NCBI GenBank assembly: GCA_951406725.2
Contig: OX597842.1
Coordinates: forward strand, 31,930,001-31,994,000
Source of the DNA: Octopus vulgaris
Taxonomy: Eukaryota
Reading direction: 5' to 3'
Length of the DNA: 64,000 nt
Position numbers and translations under genes: made by a program. How positions within the stretch are numbered: the stretch's first letter is position 1; each line of letters begins with the position of its first letter. The notes below the pieces were generated by a model. The model saw only the letters and a list, made by a program, of their open reading frames with translations. It did not search any database and was not told the DNA's origin. Shown here one piece after another: positions 39,365-51,552 of the stretch.

Positions 39365-40809
39365 CTGCTTGATAATGAGCTTCGAAGGGGACTTCACCGT
39401 GCCCCCAATGGCAGTCGCCGAGTTGTTGGTCATTGTGAAAACGGACCTATCACTGCCCGCGACAGTCCTCGTTACCATGGTAACAATCGATGAGGCAGCA
39501 GATGAGGAAGGGGACTTGGACATGGAAACGGGGATCATGGTGATTTTCGTCGGGGTCTTCGCGGGGGACAGTGGCACTTTGCTGATCTGCAGCGCTGTTG
39601 ATTTCGTAGGGGTTCCAGCACCGGCGGGCGTCATTGCCGTGACAACGGTCTGCGTGGGGCCGCCCGTCGTCAGCGACGGCATGATTGTTTGTTGCGGGGT
39701 TATGGTGATGGTCTTGGGCGTCGATGGGGTCTGCGAGCCGTGTTCTTGGCCGGCGACGGCCGTCAGCCCCGGGACGAGGGACGTGAGCGTCATCATTTGT
39801 CCCTGGACCTGCAACGGTATCGCTTGTTGCTGGAGGTGGTGGTCAAGCGAGGAAGAAGAAGAGGAATTCTTCGTGGCAACAGTGGCACTGCCCGATGGTG
39901 TGGTGATGATGAACTTCGCAAGTACAGGTGACATGTTTGAAGTACCGATCAACGAGCGTTTGGTGGTCGCAGCCGCCGTAGAAGAAGGGGTCGCAGCAGT
40001 GAGCAGGGTCTTGTTAGCATGGGGCATACCAACAGCCACATCTGAAGGCCCCACTGCGACAACATATGTCGCAGTGGGCGTCACAGCAGCCTTCGACATC
40101 GGCCTGTTGCTACTACTGCTACTACTAATAACAAGGTTACCCAGGTCAGCGGACACTGTTGGCACGGCAGCGGAACTGGCAGCGGAATTTGCAGCGGAAC
40201 TTACAGTGGTACTGGCAGCACCCACTACCGACGGCAACGTGATGCAGTCAAACGCCGCACTTGGTTTAGCAGCCGGCACCACAGTAAGGCCACTGTCGTT
40301 GCAGCCTGTGTCCGGCAGAGCAATGAACGTGCCAGAGAGGGGCAGCGAATGGCGCTGCTGTTTGCTGTCCACGACAATCACGCTGCCGGCGCCGGCCTCT
40401 TGGAAAGCCGGTTGCTGCTGCGGCTGAGGCTGCAGCTGCGTGAGGTCCGAAGCGATGTTTGAGGGCCCGGCGTTGGATATGGTGGGGGTGGCGGCAGCGT
40501 TCGGGGTCGGCGCGGCGTTGATGAGGGTGGCGGCGGCGATGGTGGTGGGGGTCGCCGCGGCGGCGACGACGCCGGCATCTTCGAGGGAGTTGAGCTGGCC
40601 GCCGGACAGCGACGCGCCCGCCGACGACAGCGAGGCCGACGACAACGAGGAGTGGAGCGTGCCGCCCACCACGTTGAACGAGGACGTCGACGATGACGAG
40701 GAGGACGATGAGGAGGAGGAGGATGCGGAGGAGGAGGAGGAAGCCAGGCCCACCGTGTCGGAGTCGGACGGAGTCTGGGCAATGCCCACGACGACATCTT
40801 TGTCTGGGC
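39365..40809 (-). CDS. LIN54: LIN54 large exon, Ser/Ala/Thr-rich low-complexity N-terminus
   Basis: tttctatttcag acceptor and CAG|gtaaat donor; 1445 nt open; GC-rich coding-like composition; several S/T-P-x-K motifs. Confidence 0.85.
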
Positions 40810-40945
40810 CTGAAATAGAAACAAAAGGCAGATTGTAACGAAATGAACTGCAGCAGAGACAACAACAACAATAACAACAACAACAACAACGACAGCAGCG
40901 GCAACAACAAAGTTATGAGGAAACAAAGTCGAAGGGGCGAGTTTG

Positions 40946-42259
40946 GGATCTTTTCTGTTTGACCGGCAGTTTTTTAGCATAATTTCTAGTTAACTAAACT
41001 CTTTTAAACTTCGTATACTGGTAGAATGTGTTTATAAAACATCTTTTTCTCTTGGCTTTATTGAGAAAATTCTATAGTTTGTAAGATATTTGTTGTTTTT
41101 TTTTCTTCAATTTCTGCAATTTCAACCAATCAATGACGTCTATTGAGGTGAGAACATCCTGTGCCGTATGAATATGGGTGCTGTTAGGTTTATAAAACAG
41201 TTAGGTTTATAAAGTTTATAAATAAATACATTTCATTCCATGTTCTGTTTAAACTTTATAAATAAATATATTCTTGCATTATTCATTATTGTTTTTAAAA
41301 AAGAAATCACACCAAATCCGCACAAATGACCACCACCACTGCGATCACATACACCAATCATACACACGTATGTGTGTCTGTATTTATTGTATGTGTATAA
41401 GTAGTTATATGCTTATATTATCCATCATAGTAATATTTGTCTGTTGAAATCCGTTTTAAGGTGGTCAATAGTTTAATTAAAGATGTGTCTATACATGTGT
41501 ATACATATATATCTCTCTCTATATAAACGGCAGTTTGTCTGTGTGTGTTTCTGTGTGTCTCTTTGGTTGTACCCTCACCCTGACCACGGCTTTCAACCGA
41601 TTCTGATGAAACTTGACACACACATAGCCCAATGTCATAATTCAAAACTAACGCAGCGAAAATTTTGAAAAGTTCCCCCAGTTCTGAAAAAAATCGATAA
41701 ATTCGACATGGGGTCAAGAATCAGAAACACAAACCGCAAACTGTCTAGGGGACGCAACTCCACCTTTTTAAATAAAAAAAATTTACCATCATTTTTTTCC
41801 CATCTTTTTGCTGTTTTTTGGCTATAACTCTCTAAAAATGCTTTATAGTTATTTCCCTTACAAACCTGAGCAACGCCGGGCGATACTGCTAGTGTATATA
41901 TATATACATGTGTATACATTACACATGAAATGTATTTATTTATAAACTTTAAACTGAACTTCAATTGTTTTATGTGATCGCAGTGGTGGTGGTCATTTGT
42001 GCAGATTTGGTGTGATTTCTTTTTTAAAAACAATAATGAATAATGCAACTCTTTTACTCTTTTACTTGTTTCAGTCCTTTGACTGCGGCCATGCTGGAGC
42101 ACCGCCTTTATTCGAACAAACCGACCCCGGGACTTATTCTTCGTAAGCCCAGTACTTATTCTATCGGTCTCTTTTGCCGAACCGCTAAGTGACGGGGACG
42201 TAAACACACCAGCATCGTTTGTCAAGCAATGCTAGGGGGACAAACACAGACACACAGAC

Positions 42260-42290
<31 letters not shown>

Positions 42291-43354
42291 TACGACGGGC
42301 TTCTTTCAGTTTCCGTCTACCAAATCCACTCACAAGGCATTGGTCAGCGCAGGGCTATAGTAGAAGACACTTGCCCAAGATGCCACGCAGTGGGACAGAA
42401 CCCGGAACCGTGTGGTTGGTTAGCAAGCTAAGAATATATTTATTTATAAAGTTTAAACAGAACATGGAATAAAATGTATTAATTTATAATCCTAATTGTT
42501 TTATAAACCTAACAGCGTGGTGGTACGTAAATAAACGGCGTAAATTAACGAAGGTATAAACCTGACGACGGAAATACACGAAGTTCACTACTTTCACTTC
42601 TGACAACTAAAAACATTCTGTGCCGTATGAATATGTCCCTCGTTTAAGAAACAAATTGGGTTTATTTACATTTCGGAAAGAAAAAAAGATACACTTAACC
42701 CCACCCCTAACCCTAAATCTAAAACAGATTGAAATGCAATAGATCGATACTAGGGTCATAATTATGGGTGACAATTTCATATGACACCGCTAGAAAAACC
42801 TGCCGTTCAAACCGAAAATATCCATTTGTGGTTATATTTCTGCAATTTCAACCAATCAATGACGTCTATTGAGGTAAAAAAAAAAAACATTCTGTGCCGT
42901 ATGAATATGTCCCTCGTTTAAGAAACAGATTGGGTTTATTTACATTTGTGAAAGAAAAAAAAGATACACTTACCCCCACCCCTAAATCTAAAATAGATTG
43001 AAATGCAATAGATCGATACTAGGGTCATAATTATGGGTGACAATTTCATATGACACTGCTAGAAAAACCTGCCGTTCAAACCGAAAAGATCCATTTGTGG
43101 TTATATTTCTGCAATTTCAACCAATCAATGACGTCTATTGAGGTAAAAAAAACAAAAACATTCTGTGCCGTATGAATATGTCCCTCGTTTAAGAAACAGA
43201 TTGGGTTTATTTACATTTCTGAAGAAAAAAAGATACCCTTCCCCCACCCCTAAAACAGATTGAAATGCAATAGATCGATACTAGGGTCATAATTATGGGT
43301 GACAATTTCATATGACACCGCTAGAAAAAACTGCCGGTGAAACCGAAAAGATCC
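40946..43354. mobile_element. TIR element (GGATCTTTTC... termini) with nested insertions
   Basis: TIRs GGATCTTTTCNGTTT/AAACCGAAAAGATCC; 8-bp TSD CGAGTTTG/CGAGTCTG; 3' part triplicated. Relatives at ~10737-11981, 47837-48170, 57324-58703. Confidence 0.75.
41512..41892 (+). mobile_element. Non-autonomous Helitron-like element with a different 5' half
   Basis: TC...hairpin-CTAG|T ends; 3' ~130 bp shared with the other copies. Confidence 0.7.
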
Positions 43355-45200
43355 CGAGTCTGTGTAATTATACCAGCATAATTAATCCTCCCTAGCTCCC
43401 ACCGGAAGTTAGTTACGCAAGGAACCGTTTATGACCGAACACCAAATGTGATACGTTAGTGGAGGTGTGTCGTGTGCATAAAAATGTTGGCGCGGAAAAT
43501 TAAGGGGTACTCATGGAGTATAACGTTCCTCAAAATATACGCAGAAAAGGAGTATTGAAAGCATTCAAATATCAATAATGTAGTTTTTTTAGTTCGAGAT
43601 CATTACTGGGTACCCGAGGAGAATAACATTCCTTAAAAGTAACGCAGAGATTTGGCTGTTGTTTCCAGCATATCCCTTGACCACCTTCCTCGTTTCTTTC
43701 TTAAGTATTGATGTGTTTCAATATTCTGCGAGCTGGCAGAACCGTTAGCACGCCGGGCGAAATGCTCAGAGGTATTTCGTCTGTCTTTACGGTCTGAGTT
43801 CAAATTCCGCCGAGGTCGACTTTGCCTTTCATCCTTTCGGGGTCGATAAATTAAGTATCAGTTACGAACAGGGGTCGATATAACCGACTTAATCCGTTTG
43901 TCTGTCCTTGTTTGTCCCCTCTGTGTTTAGCCCCTTGTGGGTAATAAAGAAATAGGTATTTCGTCTGCCATTCCATTTTGAGTTCAAATTCCGCCGAGGT
44001 CGACTTCACCTTTCATCCTTTCGGGGTCGATTAAATAAGTACCAGTTACGAACTGGGGTCGATATAACCGACTTAATCCGTTTGTCTGTCCTTGTTTATC
44101 CCCTCTGTGTTTAGCCCCTTGTGGGTAATAAAGAAATAGGTATTTCGTCTGTCTTTACGGTCTGAGTTCAAATTCCGTCGAAGACGACTTTGCCTTTCAT
44201 CCTTTCGGGGTCGATAAATTAAGTACCAGTTGCGCACAAGAGTCGATGTAATCGACTTAATCCCCTTTTCCGTCCTTGTTTGTCCCCTCTATGTTTAGCC
44301 CCTTGTGGGTAATAAAGAAATAGGTATTTCCTCTGACACACATCACAATTTTTTTTCGAAATATCTAAGGTTTATTTTGTAGATATATATGTATTTCTTT
44401 ACTACCCACAAGGGGCTAAACATAGAGGGGACAAACAAAGGGATTAAGTCAATTACATCGACCCAGTGCGAAACTGGTACTTTATTTATCGACCCCGAGA
44501 GGATGAAAGGCAAAGTCGACCTCGGCGGAATTTGAACTCAGAACGTAGCGACAGACGAAATATCGCTAAGCATTTCGCCCGGCGCGCTAACGTTTCTGCC
44601 AGCTCACCGCCTTAAATATATATGTAGATATATATGTGATGTATAAGGGTGATTGCCCAAATACGAATTTAACAGTAAAGAATACCACCTGAAAGGTATT
44701 TGTAGAAAATTTCATTTAAAAATATCAATATTTCTGAAAGTTATGAGGAAACAAAAGCTACGGGTGTGAATTTCCCGAAATTCCTCTCTCTACCCACGGA
44801 AAGAAATACTCGCAACAAATTGTTATATAAACGTGATCCACAGCATATGAAGCATGTTGACTCTTTTACTTGTTTCGGTCATTTTGACTGCGGCCATGCT
44901 GGAGCACTGCCTTTTAGTCGAGCAAATCGACCCCCCCCCCAGGACTTATTCTTTGCAAGCCCAGTACTTATTCTATCGGTCTCTTTTTGCCGAACCGCTA
45001 TGTCACGAGGACGTAAACACACCAGCATCGGCTGTCAAGCGATGTTGGAGGGGACAAACACAGACACACAAACTAGTTGGCTGGACTTCACAACCTCATA
45101 TGTTCTTAAAATTTAAATCTACATTTTTATCTGTATATCTACCTTCTCTAAAATGTTACTACTTGATTTGAAAGCTTTTGTATTATTGGAAAACCTATAT

Positions 45201-45292
45201 AAATTGGCTGAAGAGCACTCAGCATCTTAAATCTGCTGTAATACTTACAACCTTTAATAAAATGTTGTAGTGCGAAACAATTGTACCAAATT
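45201..45292 (+). ncRNA. Type I hammerhead ribozyme motif
   Basis: AAATTGG-CTGAAGA-GCACT...AGTGC-GAAAC-AATT-GTA^CCAAATT: complete core, and stems I, II and III pair. Confidence 0.75.
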
Positions 45293-45415
45293 ACCGGAGT
45301 CATTCTTGTTGCTTATTTTTTATTATAATCACCCCGCAAATTTTTATGGATAACACCATACAAAATTCTGGTGCATCTAAATTAAGTACCATATTCATTT
45401 GAATCTAAATTGTTA

Positions 45416-45823
45416 CAGGAGTGGCTGTGTGGTAAGTAGCATGCTAACCAACCACATGGTTCCGGGTTCAGTCCCACTGCGTGGCATCTTGGGCAAGTGT
45501 CTTCTGCTATAGCCCCGGGCCGACCAATGCCTTGTGAGTGGATTTGGTAGATGGAAACTGAAAGAAGCCTGTCGTATATATGTATATATATACATGTATG
45601 AGTGAGTGTGTGTGTGTTTGTGTGTCTGTGTTTGTCCCCCTAGCATTGCTTGACAACCGATGCTGGTGTGTTTACGTCCCCGTCACTTAGCGGTTCGGCA
45701 AAAAGAGACCGATAGAATAAGTACTGGGCTTACGAAAAGAATAAGTCCCGGGGTCGAGTTGCTCGACTAAAGGCGGTGCTCCAGCATGGTCGCAGTCAAA
45801 TGACTGAAACAAGTAAAAGAGAG
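45416..45823 (+). mobile_element. Abundant tRNA-derived SINE (family A), representative full-length copy
   Basis: Head CAGGAGTGGCTGTGTGGTAAG...GGTTCAGTCCC, CORE-like CTTGGGCAAGT, internal (TA/TG)n, tail AAACAAGT(AAAAGAGT)n. More than 20 copies on both strands, e.g. 10021-10425, 14598-15003, 32995-33380, and tandem sets at 10780-11320, 38266-39310, 48170-49117, 53575-54218. Confidence 0.85.
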
Positions 45824-46053
45824 ATATATGATGGCCATCTTTCAGTTTCCATCTACCAAACCCACTCCCAAGGCTTTGGTCAGCCCGATGCTATAATAAT
45901 AAGAGACACTTCCCCAAGGTGACGCGCAGTGGGACCGAACCAGGAACCAAATCTCATATAAAAAAAAAAACATACCCAATTTTCTGGTAGTTATAAAGAA
46001 ACGAAGTCGGTTGGGGCACTATAGTGTAGGTGTGTCAATACATAAAGTCTTAC

Positions 46054-46128
46054 CTGTCACTGTTGAGTAGAAATCTGGCTGTCTCAGGGGACTTTGACGC
46101 AAACATACATACATTGTCGAGCCTCTGA
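46054..46128 (-). CDS. LIN54: Possible 75-nt symmetric cassette (or alternative first) exon of LIN54
   Basis: Unique island with strong donor CAG|GTAAGA. From the acag acceptor it is 75 nt, phase 1/1, open (VRGSTMYVCLRQSPLRQPDFYSTVT). No polypyrimidine tract. Confidence 0.25.
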
Positions 46129-46545
46129 CTGTGTGTATATTGTGCGAGTGTATATATATATATATAGTGTGCGTATATGTACGTATGCATGTATATTGTG
46201 CGTGTATATGCATTTTTCATGTGTATGTATATGAAAAATATGTGCGTTTGTGCGTGTGAGTGTTTGAGTATGTATATACATGAGTATGTATATACGTGTG
46301 TATATACATACATACACACGTGTGTATATGCGACGCGTTTCGTGTGCATATAATGTACATAATACACACACACACACAATATACATATATATATAGAGAG
46401 AGAGAGAGGGGAGAGAAAAGACAGTGTGTGTGTATATATGTGTATATACATGCGTATGTATATATATATATATATACACATCTCTATCTATTATATATAT
46501 ATATATATATATATTATATATTATATATATACATATATGTATATA

Positions 46546-46576
<31 letters not shown>

Positions 46577-46954
46577 TATATATATACATATATACATTAT
46601 ATATATATATATATACATACATACATTATATATATATATATACATACATATATGTATATATATACATACATATATGTATATATATATATATATACATATA
46701 TGTATGTATATTTATATATATATATATATATATATATTGTGTGTGTGTATGTATGTGTATAATAGATATATGTGGTGCGTGTGCGCGTTGCGTCTTGTAT
46801 GTTTCGCTCAGCGCGTGTGAGTATGTATAGCGTTTTGTATGCGTGTGTGTTCAGGTCGCCTTGTGTGTATGTGTATGTGTGGCGTTTCGATTATGTATGC
46901 GTGGAGGCGGTTTGGAGGAGTGTGTGGGGGTGGGGGGGGGGGGTAAATAACGTG

Positions 46955-47835
46955 GGTTGTTTAGCCCCAGGTCAGTCCTGATCCAGCAGACAGACCTATG
47001 ATCAAAGATGTTCCAGCTGTGACCATCCCATCTTATATTCAGGCATAGTGTATCAAGGACTACACTATCTAATGTATAGTAGTTAGTATTAGTGGCTATA
47101 GTTATTGTTGTTTAGCCCAAGGTCAGTCCTGATCAAGACAGACCTATGATCAAAGAAGTTCCAGCTGTGACCATCCCATCTTATATTCAGGCATAGTGTA
47201 TCTAGGACTACATTGTCTAATGTTTAGTATAGTAGTTAGTACTAGTGGCTATAGTTTTAGTTGTTTAACCCCAGGTCAGCTCTGATCCAGACAGACCTAC
47301 GATCAAAGATGTTCCAGCTGTGGCTATCCCATCTTATATTCAGGCATAGTGTATCTAGGACTACATTGTCTAATGTATAGTAGAGTAGTTAGTATTAGTG
47401 GCTATAGTTTCAGTTGTTTAACCCCAGGTCAGTCCAGATCCAGACAGACCTATGATCAAAGATGTTCCAGCTGTGACCATCCCATCTTTTATTCAGGCAT
47501 AGTGTATCTAGGACTACATTGTCTAATGTTTAGTATAGTAGTTAGTACTAGTGGCTATAGTTTTAGTTGTTTAACCCCAGGTCAGTTCTGATCCAGAAAG
47601 ACCTACGATCAAAGATGTTCCAGCTGTGACCATCCCATCTGTTATTCAGATTTAGACATAGTGTATCTAGGACTACATTGTCTAATGTATAGTAGAGTAG
47701 TTAGTATTAGTGGCTATAGTTTCAGTTGTTTAACCCCAAGGTCAGTCCAGACCCTAATAGACCTATGATATCAAAGATGTTCCAGCTGTGGCCATCCCAT
47801 CTATTATTCAGGCATAGTTTATCTAGGACTATATT
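46955..47835 (-). repeat. Inverted array of the same ~125-bp repeat
   Basis: Reverse complement of the 22910-23770 unit, about 7 copies. Confidence 0.9.
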
Positions 47836-48341
47836 AGGATCTTTTCCTTTTGAACGGCACATGTCAACACAATTTCTAGTTAACTAAACACTTTTAAACT
47901 TCGTATACTGGTTGAATGTGTTTATAAAACATCATTTTTTCTTGGCTTTATTGAGAAAATTCTATAGTTTGTAAGATATTTCCACTTTAATTTCAAGCAT
48001 TTTGGCAATTTTAACCAATCGCTGGAGTCTATTTGGGGTGAAAACATTCTGTGCTGTATGAATATGTCCCTCCTTTAAGAAACAGATTGGGTTTATTTAC
48101 ATTTGCGAAGTAAAAAAGATACCCTTCCCCCACCCCTAACCTTAACCCTAAAAGAGATTGAAATGCAATAGGTGTAGGAGTGGCTGTGTGGTAAGTAGCT
48201 TGCTAACCAACCACATGGTTCCGGGTTCAGTCCCACTGCGTGGCATCTTGGGCAAGTGTCTTCTGCTATAGCCTCGGGCCGACCAATGCCTTGTGAGTGG
48301 ATTTGGTAGACGGAAACTGAAAGAAGCCTGTCGTATATATG

Positions 48342-48372
<31 letters not shown>

Positions 48373-49224
48373 TTGTGTGTCTGTGTTTGTCCCCCTAGCA
48401 TTGCTTGGCAACCGATGCTGGTGTGTTTAAGTCCCCATCACTTAGCGGTTCGCAAAAGAGACCGATAGAATAAGTAGCTTGTTTACCAACCACATGGTTC
48501 CGGGTTCAGTCCCACTGCGTGGCATCTTGGGCAAGTGTCTTCTGCTATAGCCTCGGGCCGACCAATGCCTTGTGAGTGGATTTGGTAGACGGAAACTGAA
48601 AGAAGCCTGTCGTATATATGTATATATATATATATATATGTGTGTGTGCATGTATGTTTGTGTGTCTGTGTTTGTCCCCCTAGCATTGCTTGACAACAGA
48701 TGCTGGTGTGTTTAAGTCCCCATCACTTAGCGGTTCGGCAAAAGAGACCGATAGAATAAGTAGCTTGTTTACCAACCACATGGTTCCGGGTTCAGTCCCA
48801 CTGCGTGGCATTATGGGCAAATGTCTTCTGCTATAGCCCCGGGCCGACCAATGCCTTGTGAGTGGATTTGGTAGACGGAAACTGAAAGAAGCCCGTCGTA
48901 TATATGTATATATATGTGTGTCTGTGTTTGTCCCCCTAGCATTGCTTGACAAACGATGCTGGTGTGTTTACGTCCCCGTCACTTAGCGGTTCGGCAAAAA
49001 GAGACCAATAGAATAAGTACTGGGCTTACAAAAGAATAAGCCCCGGGGTCGATTTGCTCGAGTAAAGGCGGTGCTCCAGCATGGCCGCAGTCAAAGGACT
49101 GAAACAAGTAAAAGAGAGGTTGTTGCCAAGGGCTGTGGAATCGGAAACAGTTAAGGGGTAGCCGGATGGCATAGGAGTCGGTAAAACTATACCAATTCTG
49201 ACTCACATTATTTTTATTATTTAA

Positions 49225-49724
49225 CTAGCAGAATTGCCCGGCGTTGCTCGGGTTTGTAAGGGAAATAACTATATAAGCATTTTTAGAGAGTTATAGCCAA
49301 AAAATAGCAAAAAAATGCATTAAAAATAGAAAAAAAATTATGGTAATTTTTTTTTTAATCGTTGACACATCGTAGATATTTTTAGAGAGTTACTTCCCTT
49401 ATATAATAGCGAAAAAATGCATTAAAATGGAAAAAATGGTAAATTTTTTTTTAAATTGTTGACTCATCGTAGACATTTTTAGAGAGTTACTTCCCTTATA
49501 TAATAGCGAAAAAAATGCATTAAAATGGAAAAAATGATGGTAAATTTTTTTTAAATCGTAGACTTATCGTAGACACGTGCTAATACCCAGAAGGGCTCGA
49601 TATGAATCACGACTATAAGAGCCCGCTTTTGATTAAACTGCACCGCAAAATGTGGGAGTAGTTAGGAATCTAAATTGTAGGAGACAGAGTCTCACACACA
49701 CAACTTCAATTTTATATATAAAGA
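49225..49724 (-). mobile_element. Non-autonomous Helitron-like element with internal tandem subrepeats
   Basis: A|CTAG...GA|T ends, hairpin, ~85-bp internal repeats. Confidence 0.75.
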
Positions 49725-49749
49725 TATAAGCCTACTCAAAGTATAAATA

Positions 49750-49987
49750 TATGCATCTGATGCTTCTTAGGTCCAACTTTTCTCTCAAGGTACCTACACT
49801 CTGTCGAGTATGAACACTGACATTACACATCCATCGGAGCATACTGTCTTCATTGCTTGCAAACTTACACATGTCCTCAGCAGTCACGGCCCATGTTTCA
49901 CTGCCATGCACCATACATTCTACCTTTTACTCTGAGCAAGGCCCTTTGTCACCAGCAGAGGTAGGAGCTCTTTAAACTTTGCCCAGG

Positions 49988-49988
<1 letters not shown>
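49750..49988 (-). mobile_element. Degraded RTE ORF fragment
   Basis: HGSETWAVT...MLRWMCNVS resembles the RTE post-RT domain. Confidence 0.7.
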
Positions 49989-50026
<38 letters not shown>

Positions 50027-50546
50027 AGTGGCTGTGTGGTAAGTAGCTTGCTTACCAACCACATGGTTCCGGGTTCAGTCTCACTGCGTGGCATCTTGGG
50101 CAAGTGTCTTCTACTATAGCCCCTTGTGAGTAGTTTTGGTAGACGGAAACTGAAAGAAGCCCGTCGTATATATGTATGTGTTTGTCCCCCTAGCATTGCT
50201 TGACAACCGATGCTGGTGTGTTTACATCCCCGACACTTAGCGGTTCGGCAAAAGAGACCGATAGAATAAGTACTAGGCTTACAAAGAATAAGTCCTGGGG
50301 TTGATTTGCTCGACTAAAGGCAGTGCTCCAGCATGGCCGCAGTCAAATGACTGAAACAAGTAAAAGAGTAAAGAGATATATATATGTGTGTGTGTTTGAC
50401 GGGCTTCTTTCAGTTTCCGTCTACCAAATCCACTTACAAGGCTTTGGACTGCCCAAGGCTGTAGTAGAAGACACTTGCCCAAGGTGCCACGCAGTGGGAT
50501 TGAACCCAGAACCATGATTCTGACTCACAATATCTTTATTCTTTAA

Positions 50547-50937
50547 CTAGCAGTTTCGCCCGGCGTTGCTCGGGTTTGTTTTGACCCTTTAGAATTGGAA
50601 TTTTTGAAAAGTAAAAACTTTTGCATTATGTAGCTTGTTATCCTCTTTAAGTGAACATTTTCTGGTTGAAATACACTGAAAAATGGCGACACAGCAGTAA
50701 AAAAAATCGTTAAAAAATAGGGATTTTCATAGAAAAAACAGCACCTTTTTGATGTAAATAATTTTTGGTGTTAACATGGTCCGATTTGAATTTTTTCTTC
50801 TACGGAAGGAAGAGCAAGCCTTCTCCTATCATACTCTCAATTTTGGTCAACTTGTGCCGCAGGGTCTCGGAGGAGATAGTGTTAGTTGAAGGCTACCAAA
50901 CCTGCCACACACAGACAACTTCAACTTTATATAAAGA
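50547..50937 (-). mobile_element. Non-autonomous Helitron-like element with a different interior
   Basis: Same termini as the 49225 copy, unrelated middle. Confidence 0.7.
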
Positions 50938-50960
50938 TAGACATAAACCCTAACCCTAAC

Positions 50961-51333
50961 CGGAGGCGCAATGGCCCAGTGGTTAGGGCAGCAGACTCGC
51001 GGTTTCGATTCCCAGACCGGGCGTTGTGAGTGTTTATTGAGCGAAAACACCTAAAAGCTCCACAAGGCTCCGGCAGGGGATGGTGGTGATCCCTGCTGTA
51101 CTCTTTCACCACAACTTTCTCTCACTCTTACTTCCTGCTTCTGTTGTACCTGTATTTCAAGGGGCCGGCCTTGTCACTCTCTGTGTCATGCTGAATATCC
51201 CCGAGAACTACGTTAAGGGTGCACGTGTCTGTGGAGTGCTCAGCCACTTACACGTTAATTTCACGAGCAGGCTGTTCCGTTGATTCGGATCAACCGGAAC
51301 CCTTGTCGTCGTAACCGACGGAGTGCTTCCATC
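50961..51333 (+). mobile_element. tRNA(Arg-like)-derived SINE family C, tail type 1
   Basis: A box TGGCCCAGTGG and B box GGTTTCGATTCC. Other copies at 52660-53015 (+) and 110-328 (-). Confidence 0.8.
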
Positions 51334-51552
51334 CAACCCTAATCCTAACATATAAGCCTACTCTAAATATAAGTGTACGCATATGCTTTATGAAAAGGAC
51401 AAGTGAGACCATAACCCGTGGCCCCTACGTGGGACGTAGCCAGTCCACTTATGCATACCTTTCCTTCTTGGGACACAAAACTCTACTTGTGAAGACCTGT
51501 TGAGGCAAGTGAAAATCAAAATCAAAATCGATCAACATCAATGGAAATTGCA

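Noticed and set aside
39369-40427. 352-aa plus-strand ORF
   Set aside because: Antisense shadow of the GC-rich LIN54 exon, with no recognisable motifs.
46050-46830. Tyr/Ile/His-rich ORFs here and at 8.9-9.5 kb and 13.3-14.4 kb
   Set aside because: (TA/CA)n microsatellites that lack stop codons by composition.
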